DNA from: Narcine bancroftii
Taxonomy: Eukaryota
DNA length: 64,000 bases
Assembly: GCF_036971445.1 (NCBI RefSeq)
Contig: NC_091477.1
Span: 30,690,001 to 30,754,000 of the forward strand
Direction of reading: 5' to 3'
Below, piece after piece: positions 37,625 through 50,460 of the stretch. The notes under the pieces were generated by a model. It was not told where the DNA came from. It saw nothing but the letters and a program-made list of their open reading frames with translations, and did no database searches. The position numbers and the translations under genes are program-made. Position 1 is the first letter of the stretch. Every line of letters begins with the position of its first letter.

Positions 37625-38460
37625 ATTTATTTCTTGTCACATGTACCAAGATGCAGAGTTAAAGTTTTATTTTGCAAACAGTCCAGCTAGTCATTTCATT
37701 AATAGAACACCTAAGACACAGTTCAGAAGTGTGAAGTTATAGAGAGAGATCATATGGTACAGATCAAAGACAACTATTGTGAGGTTCATTCATATGTCTG
37801 ATACCGGCAGGGAAGAAACTATCCACAAATTTGGTGGTGTGTGATCTCGTACGTGTGAACCATCCTTCTGACGAGATGGATGAAGAGACTGTGAAATTTT
37901 GTATGTTGGCTGCTCTTCCAAGGCAGTGAAAGTTCTAGATAGAGTCAATAATGGAGAGGAGGGGAGTATGTGCGATGGCCTGAGCCACGTTCACAACCTT
38001 GTGCGGTTTCTTGCAGTCTTGAGCAGAGCTTCATGGAGTGAAGCAATCTGACAATGGTGCACCTTTTGAAATTGTGGGGGATACAGAAGCATTGCCAAAT
38101 TACCTCAGGCTGAGGACATTGGGATACTGGTGCACTTTGGCCATGTTATCAACATTGCAAGACAAGCAAAGTTTTTTTTTAGCACGTTTGTATATTGCAC
38201 TCAACCCCAGCATCTGCAGAATATCTTGTGTGATTCATGATACTTGAGATATTTGTTGTGTTGAATAGTAGTCTGTGGTGTTCAAAGGCTGAGTGTAGGG
38301 TCAACTGTAGAGGACCTGTTACAGCAATATGTGAATTGGAGCTGATCAAGGCTGGCTGACGTAAAGGGGAGCCACTGCCAACCTCTCAAAGCACTTAATG
38401 ATGGTGGATGTAGTATTCATTCAGGTTCACCACTGCATTCTTCTTCAGAACATGGAGCAC
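37625..38460 (-). mobile_element. Old Rex/Babar-type LINE remnant
   Basis: Decayed similarity to the 3' regions of the other Rex copies (gggaagaaact...ggtggtgtg). Confidence 0.45.
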
Positions 38461-38959
38461 TATATTCAGATGGTACTGTTTAAAGATGAAATGACTCAAT
38501 AAATAATTTTCATCCTAAAAAGTACAAAGAAAGATTTTGCATCTATTAGTGTAAAAAGTTAAGCAATCATGGAAAATCACAAGTGATGTAAGATTTCAAT
38601 GAGGTTGTATGGGCATGGAAGAAGAGACAAAAGTAGGAACCTGAATCAGAAACTGACTGCAAAACTCGATGTTGATTTTTGTGGAATTCTTGTGTACACA
38701 GTTAACAAAGGTATTAGAAAATAGAATGGAGCATTAAACGAGAGCTTACTGGTTCGAAGTTTGATGATTATTATTTGAGTAATGGGAGTGGTGAGATAAC
38801 ATGAGATCTCATCTGAGAGTGTGCAGCCAATCTTTGAATCTCAAAAAAAGACAACCACTGGTATAATTCTGTCAAAAGAGCATTTTATTGTTCGGCATAC
38901 AAGCAACACTAGAAACTACCTTAACAATGTTCGAAGTAATTACAGGAGGGCGAGGAGGG

Positions 38960-39080
38960 CATATTATCTCACCACTCCCATTACTCAAATAATAATCATC
39001 AAAATTTGAACTGGTAAGGTCTCATTTAATGCTCCATTATTTTTTGTAATGCTCATTGGCTCACTAATATGAGATTTCAG
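38960..39080. repeat. DIRS internal complementary region (ICR)
   Basis: 38960-39038 is the reverse complement of 38725-38803; 39036-39078 is the reverse complement of about 43674-43716. Confidence 0.88.
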
Positions 39081-39147
39081 TGGTCTCTTTTTCACATGGT
39101 CCAAAAGACCATAGGGTAGATCAATGGACCTCCAGAAGAGGTACAAT

Positions 39148-40080
39148 TCAATCGGCAACCTGCAAAATTGCTACAGTGAATTTTTTTCCCTCCATCCTCA
39201 GAGGCTTATTGTAAAGCCTGTTAAATATTCTTTCATTTGACCATCCTGCCTGATGGATGATATCCCAAATGGGGGTTTCTGCTCTACCAGCAATAGACGT
39301 AACTGCTGCTCTGGTTGAGTGACCACCAAACCAAGTGATATCCATTCTGGCCAACCTCATGGTCCTCTTTAGCCATCTGGCCAAGGTCTGAGAAGATGCC
39401 TGCTGATGCGGTTTCCTGTAACATATAAACTAGAATCTCTCTTCCCTTGTGATATTGCACGTACATTCAATATATTGTCTCAGATACTGCACCACACATA
39501 ATCTTTCATCCTCTTGATAAGTGTACAATTTAATGCTCCATTATTTGTTCCCATGCTACCAGGTTTATTATGTTTCAACAAGTCATGAACATGAAATTCA
39601 ACAAAATCATTTTCCCAAATGATATAGTCCACGTGTAAACAAGTTAAAATCTGTATTCTTTGGGCCAAAGTCAAGGCCACAAGCATGAGCAATTTCCAAG
39701 ATAAGTCACACAAGTCCAAAGTATATGCTGGTGACAAACGTCGCCACAAATCCACCACAACTTTAACATCCCAGACCAACGTGGCGTAGGTGAACTTAAG
39801 TGAAATACTCCCTTCATTAATCTTGAAATTGGGGATGATTCCTGACAGAGTTTTCGATGTCTTGTAGAGTCAAGAAAGTCGCCAAAGCTCTCTTGGCTGT
39901 ATTGATAGCACTATAACTGGCTATGTGAACGTAAAACAAATCAGTGAGGAAATGCAAAACATCTGAAACTTAATTAACATTTAAACTCTCATTAAAACAA
40001 AACAGTTGCCATTTATTAACATAAGTGGCATATTGCTTTTGAGTTGACTTTCTCCATGAAGCACAAATAATATCCATCGT
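39148..40080 (-). pseudogene. DIRS tyrosine recombinase, disrupted
   Basis: ORFs 39480-39779 (WDV..V...KLLMLVALTLAQR.Q.L) and 39148-39384 (HSTR, AGWS, catalytic Y region). Confidence 0.85.
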
Positions 40081-40199
40081 TTTTGCCTGCAATCCTTTTA
40101 TGCCAAACTTTTCACACTAATCCTGCAACATAAGAGATTGAGATGAATGAGAGGATGGGAAAGGAAAGATATTGGTTGAACTAGCGGTTCCTTGTTCAT

Positions 40200-41930
40200 T
40201 CTCAACAGTAAAGGCCATTCTAGCAGCATCCAATTCAGGACTGGGAAGATCAATTTGGCACCACCAGGAGTCCAGTGGCTCTATCCTCCTGAACTTTGTG
40301 CAGGCATTTAGCTACTAACGAAAAGGGGAAAAAGCATAGAAATTCAATTCTGCCCAATCAATCATAAAGGTGTTTATAGCTTCTGCATGGGGTTCTGCAA
40401 CCAGGATCCATATCTCAGTACTTGGACATTTAAATGAGATGCAAACAGACCAATCTCTGGGAACCCATAATTTTGTACTATCAGATTAAAACTCTTCCCC
40501 CAACATCCATTCTGTTCTATCATTGAGCTTTCTAGACATCAAATCCACCTGATATATCAGATGCCCTGGCAAATACATGGCTGTAATCCAGATATTCCTT
40601 TTGATACACCAACTTCACATCAGTATTGTGAATCAGTTACATGATGGGGGCTTCAAACCTCCCATTTTAATCAGGTATGCAACTGCTGAGATGTTGTCTG
40701 ACCTCATCAACACATGTACACCCCTTTTCTCTGCACAGAATGATTTAAGTTCTAACTGAGATGCAAACATTTCTAGGAAGTTGATGCCAGATGCTGATGC
40801 CAGTCTAATCTCTCGAATGGTCCATCTACCACTGGCAGAGATAGTTAAGTCTGTGGCACCCCATCCTTTACCACTAACTCTGATCGGATTTCATATCAAA
40901 CTTTATAATCTCTGCCATGGCATAAGCCTCCAATACATTTGTCATCCACCATGCAGGTTCTGCTCTAGCCTCTTGCTATAAGCTCATAGGTCTATCAAAA
41001 TGACCCCTGGTGGCCTTTAAGGAATCTATATTTTAGCGGACGGTACTGAATGGCTGGGAAAGCAGCCACCAATTTCCCAATTACTTTTGCTACTTTACTT
41101 ATAGAGGGATGTGATTCTGCAATCAAAGCACTACAAGCCTGAAGATTTTACACCTTTTTATCTTCTGGCAGGGTTATTCTCATGGATTCCATATTTAAGA
41201 GGAACCCAAGGAATTTAACTTCTCTGGTTGGGCTGATGACTGATTTTTCTGGGTGTATAATAAATCTTAGTTCCTGCAGCAGCGCCGTAGTGGTGTTCAC
41301 TGCTCTCTGTGTTTCACCCATGGACTTGCCGATCATCCAAGTAACCCATCACCATATGTCCCTCCTTTCTGAGCCGGGAGAAAACCGGTTTCGGCAATTT
41401 TGTAAATATTCTGGGCGCCAAATTAAGTCCATTAGGTAGTGCCTTATATTGCCACAATTAGTCCTTCCAATAAACTTCAGGTATTTTCCAGAGAGTGGTT
41501 GAATAGATACTGAATAATAAGCATCTTGTAAATCGACAGATGCCATAAAATATCCTTTGCGTAATAAAGGCATAACAGAGTGAATCGTGCCCATTTTAAT
41601 ATGTTGGTATAAAACATACTCATTTAGGTCAGATAAATTTAAGATCACTCTCGTTCCCCACTTCCCTTAGGTCTCGTGAATATGTTTGAATATGTTCTCT
41701 TCCTGGCAGCAGCGTTCTATTACATTTTTCTGTTCTAAAGCCATAATCTCTTTATGTGTAGTTTCCATGAGCTGTGGGCTGCGTATATAATTGTCTAAGC
41801 CATTTCTCTTAACTGGAGGGAATTTCTGTGGGTCAAACTCAACTTGATACCCAGACACTGTATGCCATACATTAGCATCAGTAGTAAGATTACACCATTG
41901 ACTAAAGAACATTGTTAATTGACTGTCCAC
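40200..41930 (-). pseudogene. DIRS RT/RNase H/methyltransferase-like ORF, disrupted
   Basis: ORFs 41667-41930, 41349-41648 and 41148-41336 (HPEKS...P...VKFLGF.LN). Confidence 0.85.
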
Positions 41931-43716
41931 AATCTTGTCATTTTAATTAGAAAATGCACTCAGCTGCCTATAGGTGGTGCTCATTTTTTCGGCGCACTTG
42001 GTCAGCGTGACTGTGCAATCTGGCTTGACTTTTGCAAAGAGCTTTGGGCAGGAAAATTTTGCTGCCACTGTTTCCACAGAGGGAGTTGTTCTAAAAAATG
42101 CCTGCGTGGTGGTACCGCCTGAGAGGGATATCCTCCTTAAATTCCCCTGCGTACCTGCGATGGGGATGAAACATAGCAGTTGCTCTCGCCTGTACTCTCG
42201 AGCCTCTGACCACTCCAGCCGCTGCCTTCTGCTGCTCATTCAGGTCCCTCACCTATTTAATCAGATCATCACCATAGAGAAATTTAGTGACAAGATTTAC
42301 ATAAATGAAGATACCAAACATTTAGGTCAGGCTTTATCAGTTCCTTCTGGAAGGCTTTAAGTTCGTAATTGGCATAGGAGAGCAACCCAAGTGCATCTGG
42401 TTGTGTCTCTGAAATATCTGACAACAGTGTCTGGGCAAATGCAGTGATACCTTTAACCAGAGAGCCCTGTAATCTTTGCGGCTTCATGTCCTTGGCTCTC
42501 GAGAGGACGTTTAAATTGTCCCAAATTGCGGGGTTTACTTTTGGTACATCCAGCAGGGGGCAATTGCCTGGGCAGAGATTTTTTTTACTGAGTCCTCTAG
42601 CACTGTCTCTTCAAAGACATTAGATACCAGATAAGATCTTGACCCCGCAATTTCTTCATCGAAGGGTTGCCCAATGCCCCTTGGTACTGCAAATTTTGCT
42701 GTGATAGATGGAACTTTTCTCTCATCCTGACCAATGGGAGTAGTGTATTGGGGGTTAGGGGACTCAATTTCCATGTCCGGCCTCTTGGGCTCTACCTCAT
42801 CCCATTCATATTGGAAATAAGGTTCCTGCCCCTGCTCAGAAAGCACTGTGGTTTACTCACAATTGCTGATATCATGCCTTCCAACTTGTCCAGTTTTAGC
42901 AAGATCTCCTCTTTGGACATAGTCTCTGCACTCGGCCAGGCTTTTGTGATAGACCCCGATCGAGCAGGTGCCCATGGATCAGAGACACTTGTGTTGCCTT
43001 TACTCAGGCTTTTTGTGTAGCTGGAGGCCATCCTTGACTGTCGAGCGGGCGGATTAACTATGCCCGACAAATGGGTCATAGAGTGGTCAGGCCTGATCTT
43101 ACTAAGAGAAGGCACCTCCTCTTCACTGCCACTAGAAATGAGGAGACAGGCCCTCATTGAGCTCATCTCCTGTGGCATCATTTCTGTATCACTGCCAGAC
43201 ACATCGGACCCCAACTTCAGTGAAGCTAGGTCAGTGCAGCCAGACTTGGGTCCCACCTTCTGTGAGAGTAGGCCGCTGTTGCCTCATCCCACCTCCAACA
43301 GAGGTAGATCGGCTTGTCTTGACCCAACCCCAAATGGGGGTAGGTTGGCACTGCTGCTTCTCAGTGATTTGACTGCTCCCTGGCAAGCCTGTTGGTTCTT
43401 CAGTGCTTCGGTTGTGCTGTAGGAGCTCTGCTCTTTGCTGCACTAATCCCCCACTTCAGGCCTAGGGAACTTCCCACTGGTTGCCCTGGATCACTTTTTT
43501 GCTCACCTTTGAGGAAGAGCCTTCCTGGGGTTCACGCTCGGCCTCCATACATTGGTTCGATCATCTTAAACACAATTTACTGACTTTTTCTGACCTTTAG
43601 TCAGTACTCAAAATGGCGCCCATGCTGCATGCTGTAAGTCAAACAGATGAATTGGCTGCACATGTACAGATGGGATCTCTCATATTAACGAACCAACAAG
43701 CATTATGAAAAATAAT

Positions 43717-45575
43717 TAATAAATATGGATCAAATGGGTTTTATCAAAGATAGACAAACTTCTGAAAATACAGTAAGGTTATTAAGTATAATTCATTTAA
43801 CACAAAAGAAAAAGGATTTAAGTGTAGCAGTAGCATTGGATGCAGAAAAATATTTTGATTGGTTAGAATGGGATTTTTTGTTTAAGGTTTTAATAAATTT
43901 GGTTTTGGATTTAATTTTGAAAATTGCTCTTAAATTTTAAAAAGTGGACAAATTTATCTTAACTTTAATTGGAATTAAAATGAATATTTTTTCAGAGAAT
44001 CCAATATTTGTTTCAGACTTTACCAATCTCTATACCTCAATTTTTTTTCAGGATTTAAATAAACAAGTTAGGAAATTTCTTTGGAAAGTAAGATGGCAAA
44101 AATATCATTAGGAAAAATTAATATGAATTAGGTAGATTACAGCTTCCTATTTTTAAGAATTATTACAAAACAGCACAATTAAGGTTTCTTCTTTATTTAT
44201 TTAGGAAATTTAAACCATCATGGTTGGAAATTGATTGGAGAATCTATACCTGAGGAATTTGTTTATAAATGGGAATCAAGGTTAATGATTACCGACAGGG
44301 ATTATTATGCTCAATTATTGAATCATTTGATGAATGTTTGGAATAAAGTTGTTAGAAAATTAGGGAAATATTTGTCATTTAAAAACACCATTAATTAATC
44401 CTCATAATTTTTTTTCAAAAGATCATCCTTTTATAAATATTTGGAATAATAAATGAATTTCTAAAATTGGGATTGTTATAAAATGGTAGATTGATTTCAT
44501 TCAATCAATTAAAAATTAAATATGATATTCCACATAATATAATTATTTTCAATTAAGAGCTTATTTAAGAGAGAAATTAGAATCAGATATGGTTTTAAAA
44601 GACCCTACAGACTTAGAACAGTTAGTTGTTGATGGAATAGCTTAAAAAATTATTTTAATAGCATGTATGATGTTAAAAGAAAAAAACTCATAAATTAAGT
44701 ATACTTAAGTCCAGAGAAAGGTGGGAACAAAATTTAAATATATTAATAGATTAACACATTTGGCAAATTTATGTGAAGAGGTTATATCTAATACAATTAA
44801 TATAAGATGTAGATTATTTCATTATAATTTTTAAAATATCAGTTATATATTAAACCTCAGAAATTGAATATATCAGATCAATGTTTTAGATGTGGAGAAG
44901 ATATTGCAACTTTTATTCATTCTGCATGGTCTTGCTCAAAAGTTGAACTTTTTTGGATTTCTATTAGCAAGTTTTTACAACAGGTTACAGGTGTTTTTTC
45001 TGTTGAATCCTGAATTATTGTTGTGGTGAACTTTTGAGAATATAACTCCTAAATTATCTTTATCAGATTTTCAATTAAAATTTGTTAAACCAGTTTTGAT
45101 GATAGCAAGGGAATGTGTTACTTTGAAATCAAATGTTTCATTGACATTAGGAAGATGGCACACAGAGGTTCAAAGTTGTATTCCATTTTTTAAAAATTAC
45201 ATATAATTTGGAGGGTAAATATTCTGTATTTTTACAAATTTAGAGCCTCTATGCTCAAAAATTGGGACTGAAATTATAAATAATTCCTTTGATTCCGCCA
45301 GACCGGAGAAATATTCCCTAAAAAATAAATAATGTTTTTCAGAGAATTTGTTTTGCATTTTTTTAGTCTTCTGAAGCAAATCCATTTCAATATATAATTA
45401 TGTTTATTATATATTTTAGTAATTTAAATGCTCTTTAGTGGGGGATGGGAGGGAGGGATTAGTTGTGGTTTAGATGGATCTTTTTGTAGTTTTTATATAC
45501 CTTTCATAATAATGTGATATATTATTTCATTAATTGTTGGACATGTGTTGACTTTAAATAAAATATTCAAAAAAA
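43717..45575 (+). mobile_element. L1-clade LINE ORF2 remnant with 3' UTR
   Basis: ORF 43725-43940 DQMGFIK.RQ..EN..RL....ALDAEK.FD.LEW.FL; later G.LQLP.FK.YY and C.RC.....TF.H..W.C motifs; AATAAA and A tail at about 45557-45575. Confidence 0.85.
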
Positions 45576-45697
45576 TATAAACTTCTTTCAGTTTATGACA
45601 GTGGTTTTCAAATAATTTCCATCTTTTAAGTGGCCACTCATACACATGTTATATTATTTGCAATATTATTTTAAAACGGTTGCAAACTATTGGCATG

Positions 45698-45940
45698 GGG
45701 TAGCACATTTGGCATGTCGGTTAGCTCAACACCTTTACAGCACCAGAGATTGGAACTGGGTTCAAATCTCATGCTGTCAGTAAGGAGTTTTTATGTTCTC
45801 CCTGGGTCTTTGTGAGTTTTCTCTAGGGGCTCTGGTTTCCTTCCACCATTTGAAACATACCTGGGGTATTTTAATTGGATGGCACGGACTCATGGGCCGA
45901 ACTGACCTGTTACCATGCTGTATGTCTAAACTTTTTAAAA
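45698..45940 (+). mobile_element. tRNA-derived SINE
   Basis: Head ...cggttagc, B box GGTTCAAATC, core, and tail atgggccgaactgacctgttacc. Confidence 0.75.
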
Positions 45941-46353
45941 ATTTATTAAAGTGAATATATAATCCATTGCATTCTTTGGACTAAAGTGGGGTTGAATCAA
46001 ACTCTTTAGAATAGATTTTATTTGGCATTCAGACACTGGGTGCAATAAATTACCAAATGAACCTCTTTCCCATCCTTTTCTGGTCAGCAGTAGGATAAAT
46101 GCCCCTTTACCAGTTTGGATTACTGGTACAATATGTTGGCATTTTACCAGGATTGATTGACTCAAATCTACATGGAAATGGTGCAAGGAGAAGCCATATG
46201 CTACTTTGTTACAGAAGCCATTCTCATTCAATTATGTGAAACTATATATTTGTTTGCTAGAATTGCAGATGCTGTGATTGTAATGAAATAGAAATGCTGG
46301 AGAAATTCAGCAGGTCTTGCAATGTCGATAGGAGGTAAAGATACATAACCAAC

Positions 46354-46582
46354 TGTGATGGAAAATGGTAGTGCAGGTGTGACCTCACTAGACTGTACAG
46401 GCCCACCTCTGACCCTGTAACTCATCCCTGTAGATTCCCAATAAAGTCTGATGGCCCTAATCTGCTTCCTCCATACCAGCCTTGGATCCAGCCAGCAGCA
46501 TATAGAGGCATGCCTGATGTTTCTGGATATTAAAGCCTTTAATCACTTACCATGTCTGCTTGTGGTTATTGATTGTTCCACA
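46354..46582 (+). mobile_element. Solo LTR (229 bp) inserted in a Penelope-like terminal repeat
   Basis: TGTGA...CCACA ends, ATTAAA signal, 5-bp TSD CCAAC/CCAAT. The host repeat (46262-46615) rejoins on removal. Confidence 0.75.
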
Positions 46583-48499
46583 CCAATGTTATAGGCCTGA
46601 GCCCTTCCTCAAGGTATGAATAAAAAGCAAGCAAATGCCTGAATTAAGAGGCTGTGGTGAAGGAAAGAAAGAACAAAGGGAGGATCACAGGCCAACAGTC
46701 AAAAGGTGATAATTGGCCATGGATAGGAGGAAAGGATAGGAAAGGTGAGAATTGATCAGGGAAGAGTTAGCCCTGTGAATGCAGCACTAGAAAAAAAGGA
46801 GACAGAAGGAAAGGGAAGGAGAGATCTGATCAGAAACTATAGTCATCTAATAAAAAAGGAATGTAATATTATGCAAAATTGTCTTTAGTCTGCCCTAAGG
46901 CAAAGATTTGGTGTTTGCAGTGCCCAGAACCCCTTACAGTCAAAGAAAGAGAAGAAAAAGGGAGTTCCCCTAGTGTCTGCGGATTAATCTTTAGCGCTCC
47001 CACAGACTCTACAGCCACACAAACACCAGTTCATTTCAAACCATCGGCAACCCAAGCGCAGACCCAAACCTCCAACATAATGAGAAATCTTTCTGGAGCC
47101 CTCCTTGCCTTCATCAACATCTCTAATCTTGCTTCAGATACCTGGTTCTCATGAGCTTTCCCCAGCCATATGCAGCCTAGTGTGAATCTTTTGCCCTCAA
47201 ATTGTCCACAGCCTGTGTGGGTTCCTCCCCTGCAAGTCACAAACAGCTCACCACGTGTGTGTCCTTCCGTCGAAGAGCCCCTCGCTGGACCACCACCATC
47301 CTCAAAGTCAGTAAGGTAGTCTACTTTGCTTCTCCTTCTCCAAAGGGCATCTTTTCCCTGCTACTGGTGAGTCTGCCACTCATCAAGACCGCTGCTGCCA
47401 TGTTAGGTCCAGTCCCCATGATCACAAGATTTTAAATAAAATACCGTTGGCTTCTTTAACAGGCCATTTAAGGCCTTTATGCAGCCATCGGCAGTCAGAC
47501 TAGGCAGTAGGGCCCTGCGGGGAAGTGCTATGTCTCCATTCCCCGCTCTCCCCAGGTCTGCACCAGGGGTAGTACTGCCGTTACAGCTGCTCCAGCAGCA
47601 CCGCCATTTTAAAAAAAAAATAGGGATGGATGGGGGGGCGGGGGGGTGCAGGGTTAGTGGTGCTAATGGAAACTGGAGAAGTTGATGATAATGCCATCTG
47701 TTTGGAAGGTGCCCAGACCATTAAAAAAGCCTGGTAAGTAGTTTCCTCAGGCCTAAATAGACAAAAAATGGTTTTTTTTAAACCAAGGCAGGCCTGAATG
47801 AATAGAAACATTTGAAAAGGTTATATCTGACAAATTAATCTTCGAAGGAAACTTGTAAAAGATTTGAAAGTTTTCGCAGTTTTTTTTTGCAGCCTTTTAA
47901 AAATTTTGATAGCTTTAATGCTGAAATGACTCATTTCTGATACATTTGTCCTATTGTTTTGACTATATTAATGTACTTTTGGTTCACGTAGAACATTGCA
48001 GCACAGAAAACAGACCCTTCAACCTTCTAGTCCGGCCTGAACTATTAATCTGCCTGGTCCCACTGACTTGAACCTAGTTCATAGTCCTCCATACCCCTCC
48101 TATCCATGTACTTGTCCAATTTTTCTTAATGTTAAAATTGAGCCCGCATTCACCACTTCAGTTGGTAAATTAACATGTTGGTAAAGAAACAAAAGTAGAA
48201 TTTTGGATAATTTTCATCATTATTTGTATTTAAAATTGGACATCCATGGAAATTGAGAGCTAGTGAGTGTTCAAATCAATTCATTGCTATTTTAAAAAAT
48301 GTATGAGGAGTATGTGTGTCCAGTTTCCCTTCCATATGCAGTACTTTTTTTGCCTTCCAATTTATTAGACACTAACACAGATAGATAATTAGCACATTGT
48401 ATTAGGAGTGTGTTTTTTGCTCATATTTTCTCCAAAAAGCCATAAAATCACTTAGAAATGGTGATTTTTTTCCTTCTCTTTTTATACATGATATTCACA

Positions 48500-49450
48500 C
48501 TGAAATAACAAACTAATTTCTCTAGGTCATATAGTTAGCAAAGGGATAATGATAGGTTAAATGAATAGGCAAAAAGGGCAGACAGAGGGCAATGAGAGGA
48601 GCATGAGATTATTCACTTTGGTAGAAAAAAAATTAAAAAGTAGAATATTGTTTAAAGACTAAAACATTGTGGTTCACAGTATCTGAATATCTAATAAATT
48701 GGATACAAGGTTAGCCTACAAATAATGCAGGAAAGACCAATGGAACTTGGATTTTATTACAAAGAATACAAGAGTAGGAAAATGTTTGCAACATCTGACT
48801 CCTGTGAGACCAACGTCTGGAATACTGTTTCCTTATTTAAGGTGTAGCGTGAATAAATCCTCTCACGACTGGAGGCAGAACAGACACTTTTATTAGCTTA
48901 TAACTAAGGGTAGGGTCTCACAGTAGTCTTTGGAAGGGCTCTGGGTTTAGGTGAGAAACCAGGATTATATGTGAGCAGATGGGAAGTGGGCCCAGCCATC
49001 AGCACCACACCATACGAGAGAATCCCCGTTCACTGCAAAATCATAGATGTACTTATACTGGAGATAGTTCAGAAAGGTTTCTTCTTGATGGAAAGCATTT
49101 ATCTTTTGAGGTTGTTTTTTTTCTTTCAGAATTTAGAAGGATAAGTGGTGATTTTATTGAAACATTTACAAAATTGATAGAATTGATGTTGAGAAAATAA
49201 ACTAGCAGATGCATTTCTGAACAATGGCTGATTTATTTTTAAAAAGTGAAGAGAAATTTCTTCCCTTAAAGATCATGAACATTTGGAATTGCCTATCTCT
49301 GAAAACTCTGACCACCAACTGATTTGAGTATATACAAAAGCAGAGATCAATAATTTTGTCTATCAATTATGCCTGGTGACTTGAAAGCAGAGTTGAGGTC
49401 AAAAGCAGATGGCTCAAGAGGATGGATGAATGATTCCTTCTTCTTTCTTA
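48500..49450 (+). mobile_element. Old CR1 LINE remnant containing a probable solo LTR (48843-49037, - strand)
   Basis: Decayed IHFGRK, VRP.LEYC and VQ.RF motifs; insert bounded by TGTAGCG...CACTGCA with TTTATT; no clear TSD. Confidence 0.55.
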
Positions 49451-49892
49451 TGTTTGATATGATAATAACAGGGAGATAAAAATCTTTCCCACTTACAGGT
49501 GTAAGAATTTCCTTCTGTGACTTTTCCCCTTGCTATTTACAAACGCATACGAAAGAGAAAGGTTTGTGTTACTGATCTAATTTCTTCCCCTTATATTTAT
49601 GCTTCTGCTGTTTGCCAGTTCATTTAAAATATACATGATAAGCCCACATTTGACAGATGGGAGAGATCTTTTTACAGCCCTTTTCTCTGTGAATTTCTGT
49701 AGAAGTTCTAAGGTTTCACCTTGACTTCAGTCACTAAGTTGTTCCACTATTCAAGATTTCCTAATGATTTACTGTCACTTCCACCTCTGGAAGTCCCAGC
49801 TCAGATCTGTTTGTATTTTCCCACGTCACTGAAACATACTTTTGGAAAGCCATCAAGAATAGCCGGAAACCAACAAATCCACTTATCTAAAA

Positions 49893-50460
49893 TGGAAAAA
49901 AAAAAGGAAAAAAAAACTAAAGCTAAAACTAAACTACCCCCACCCTCTAATCAAGGTTACAAGAAAAATACAAAGATGGATCAAGTCTAGAAAATGGATG
50001 GAACAGCTCTGGAGCACCCATTAAATAAATGGGCCCCATACCTTGTTAAACTGAAACTTTTTATCTTTAATACTATACCTAATGTTCTCTAAATTTAAAT
50101 ATGACATTACATCGTGTAGCCGCTGTGCATGAGTCAGTGGGAGTTCATCATTCCATTTCATTAAAACTCCCTGTCTGGCTATCAAAATGCTAAAGACTAA
50201 AACTTTCTCTTGAGATGCTAATTAAAAATTTATCTGGTTCATGTGGAAAAACCAAACCGTGCAGTTAAAAGGCAAGGATCTAATTTAATTAAAAAATCAA
50301 AAATATTCTGCCAATAACTGTAATTTAGGACATTCTCAAAAACTTCAAAAATGTTACACTTTTCACAAAATGGATCACCATCCAAATAGAAATGGGATAA
50401 TTTAAGTTTAGACATGTGTATTGTGTCTCACCTTAAATTGCACAAAATGAAGATTCACAA
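49893..50460 (-). mobile_element. L1-clade LINE 3' fragment
   Basis: - strand LNLENIRY......F.KVW.PF-like C-terminus and zinc-finger remnant. Confidence 0.6.

Larger units (their letters stand above)
38725..43716 (-). mobile_element. Full-length decayed DIRS1-type tyrosine-recombinase retrotransposon
   Basis: On the - strand: gag-like (DALGLLSYANYEL...ELIKPDLN), RT (MASVDLQDAYYS, GYLDD), RNase H, methyltransferase-like (GLFAS.LN...FYAF.PF) and YR (GHSTRAA...AGWS...F.R.Y.KP). Inverted terminal repeats, an internal complementary region, and AAT at both ends. Confidence 0.92.
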
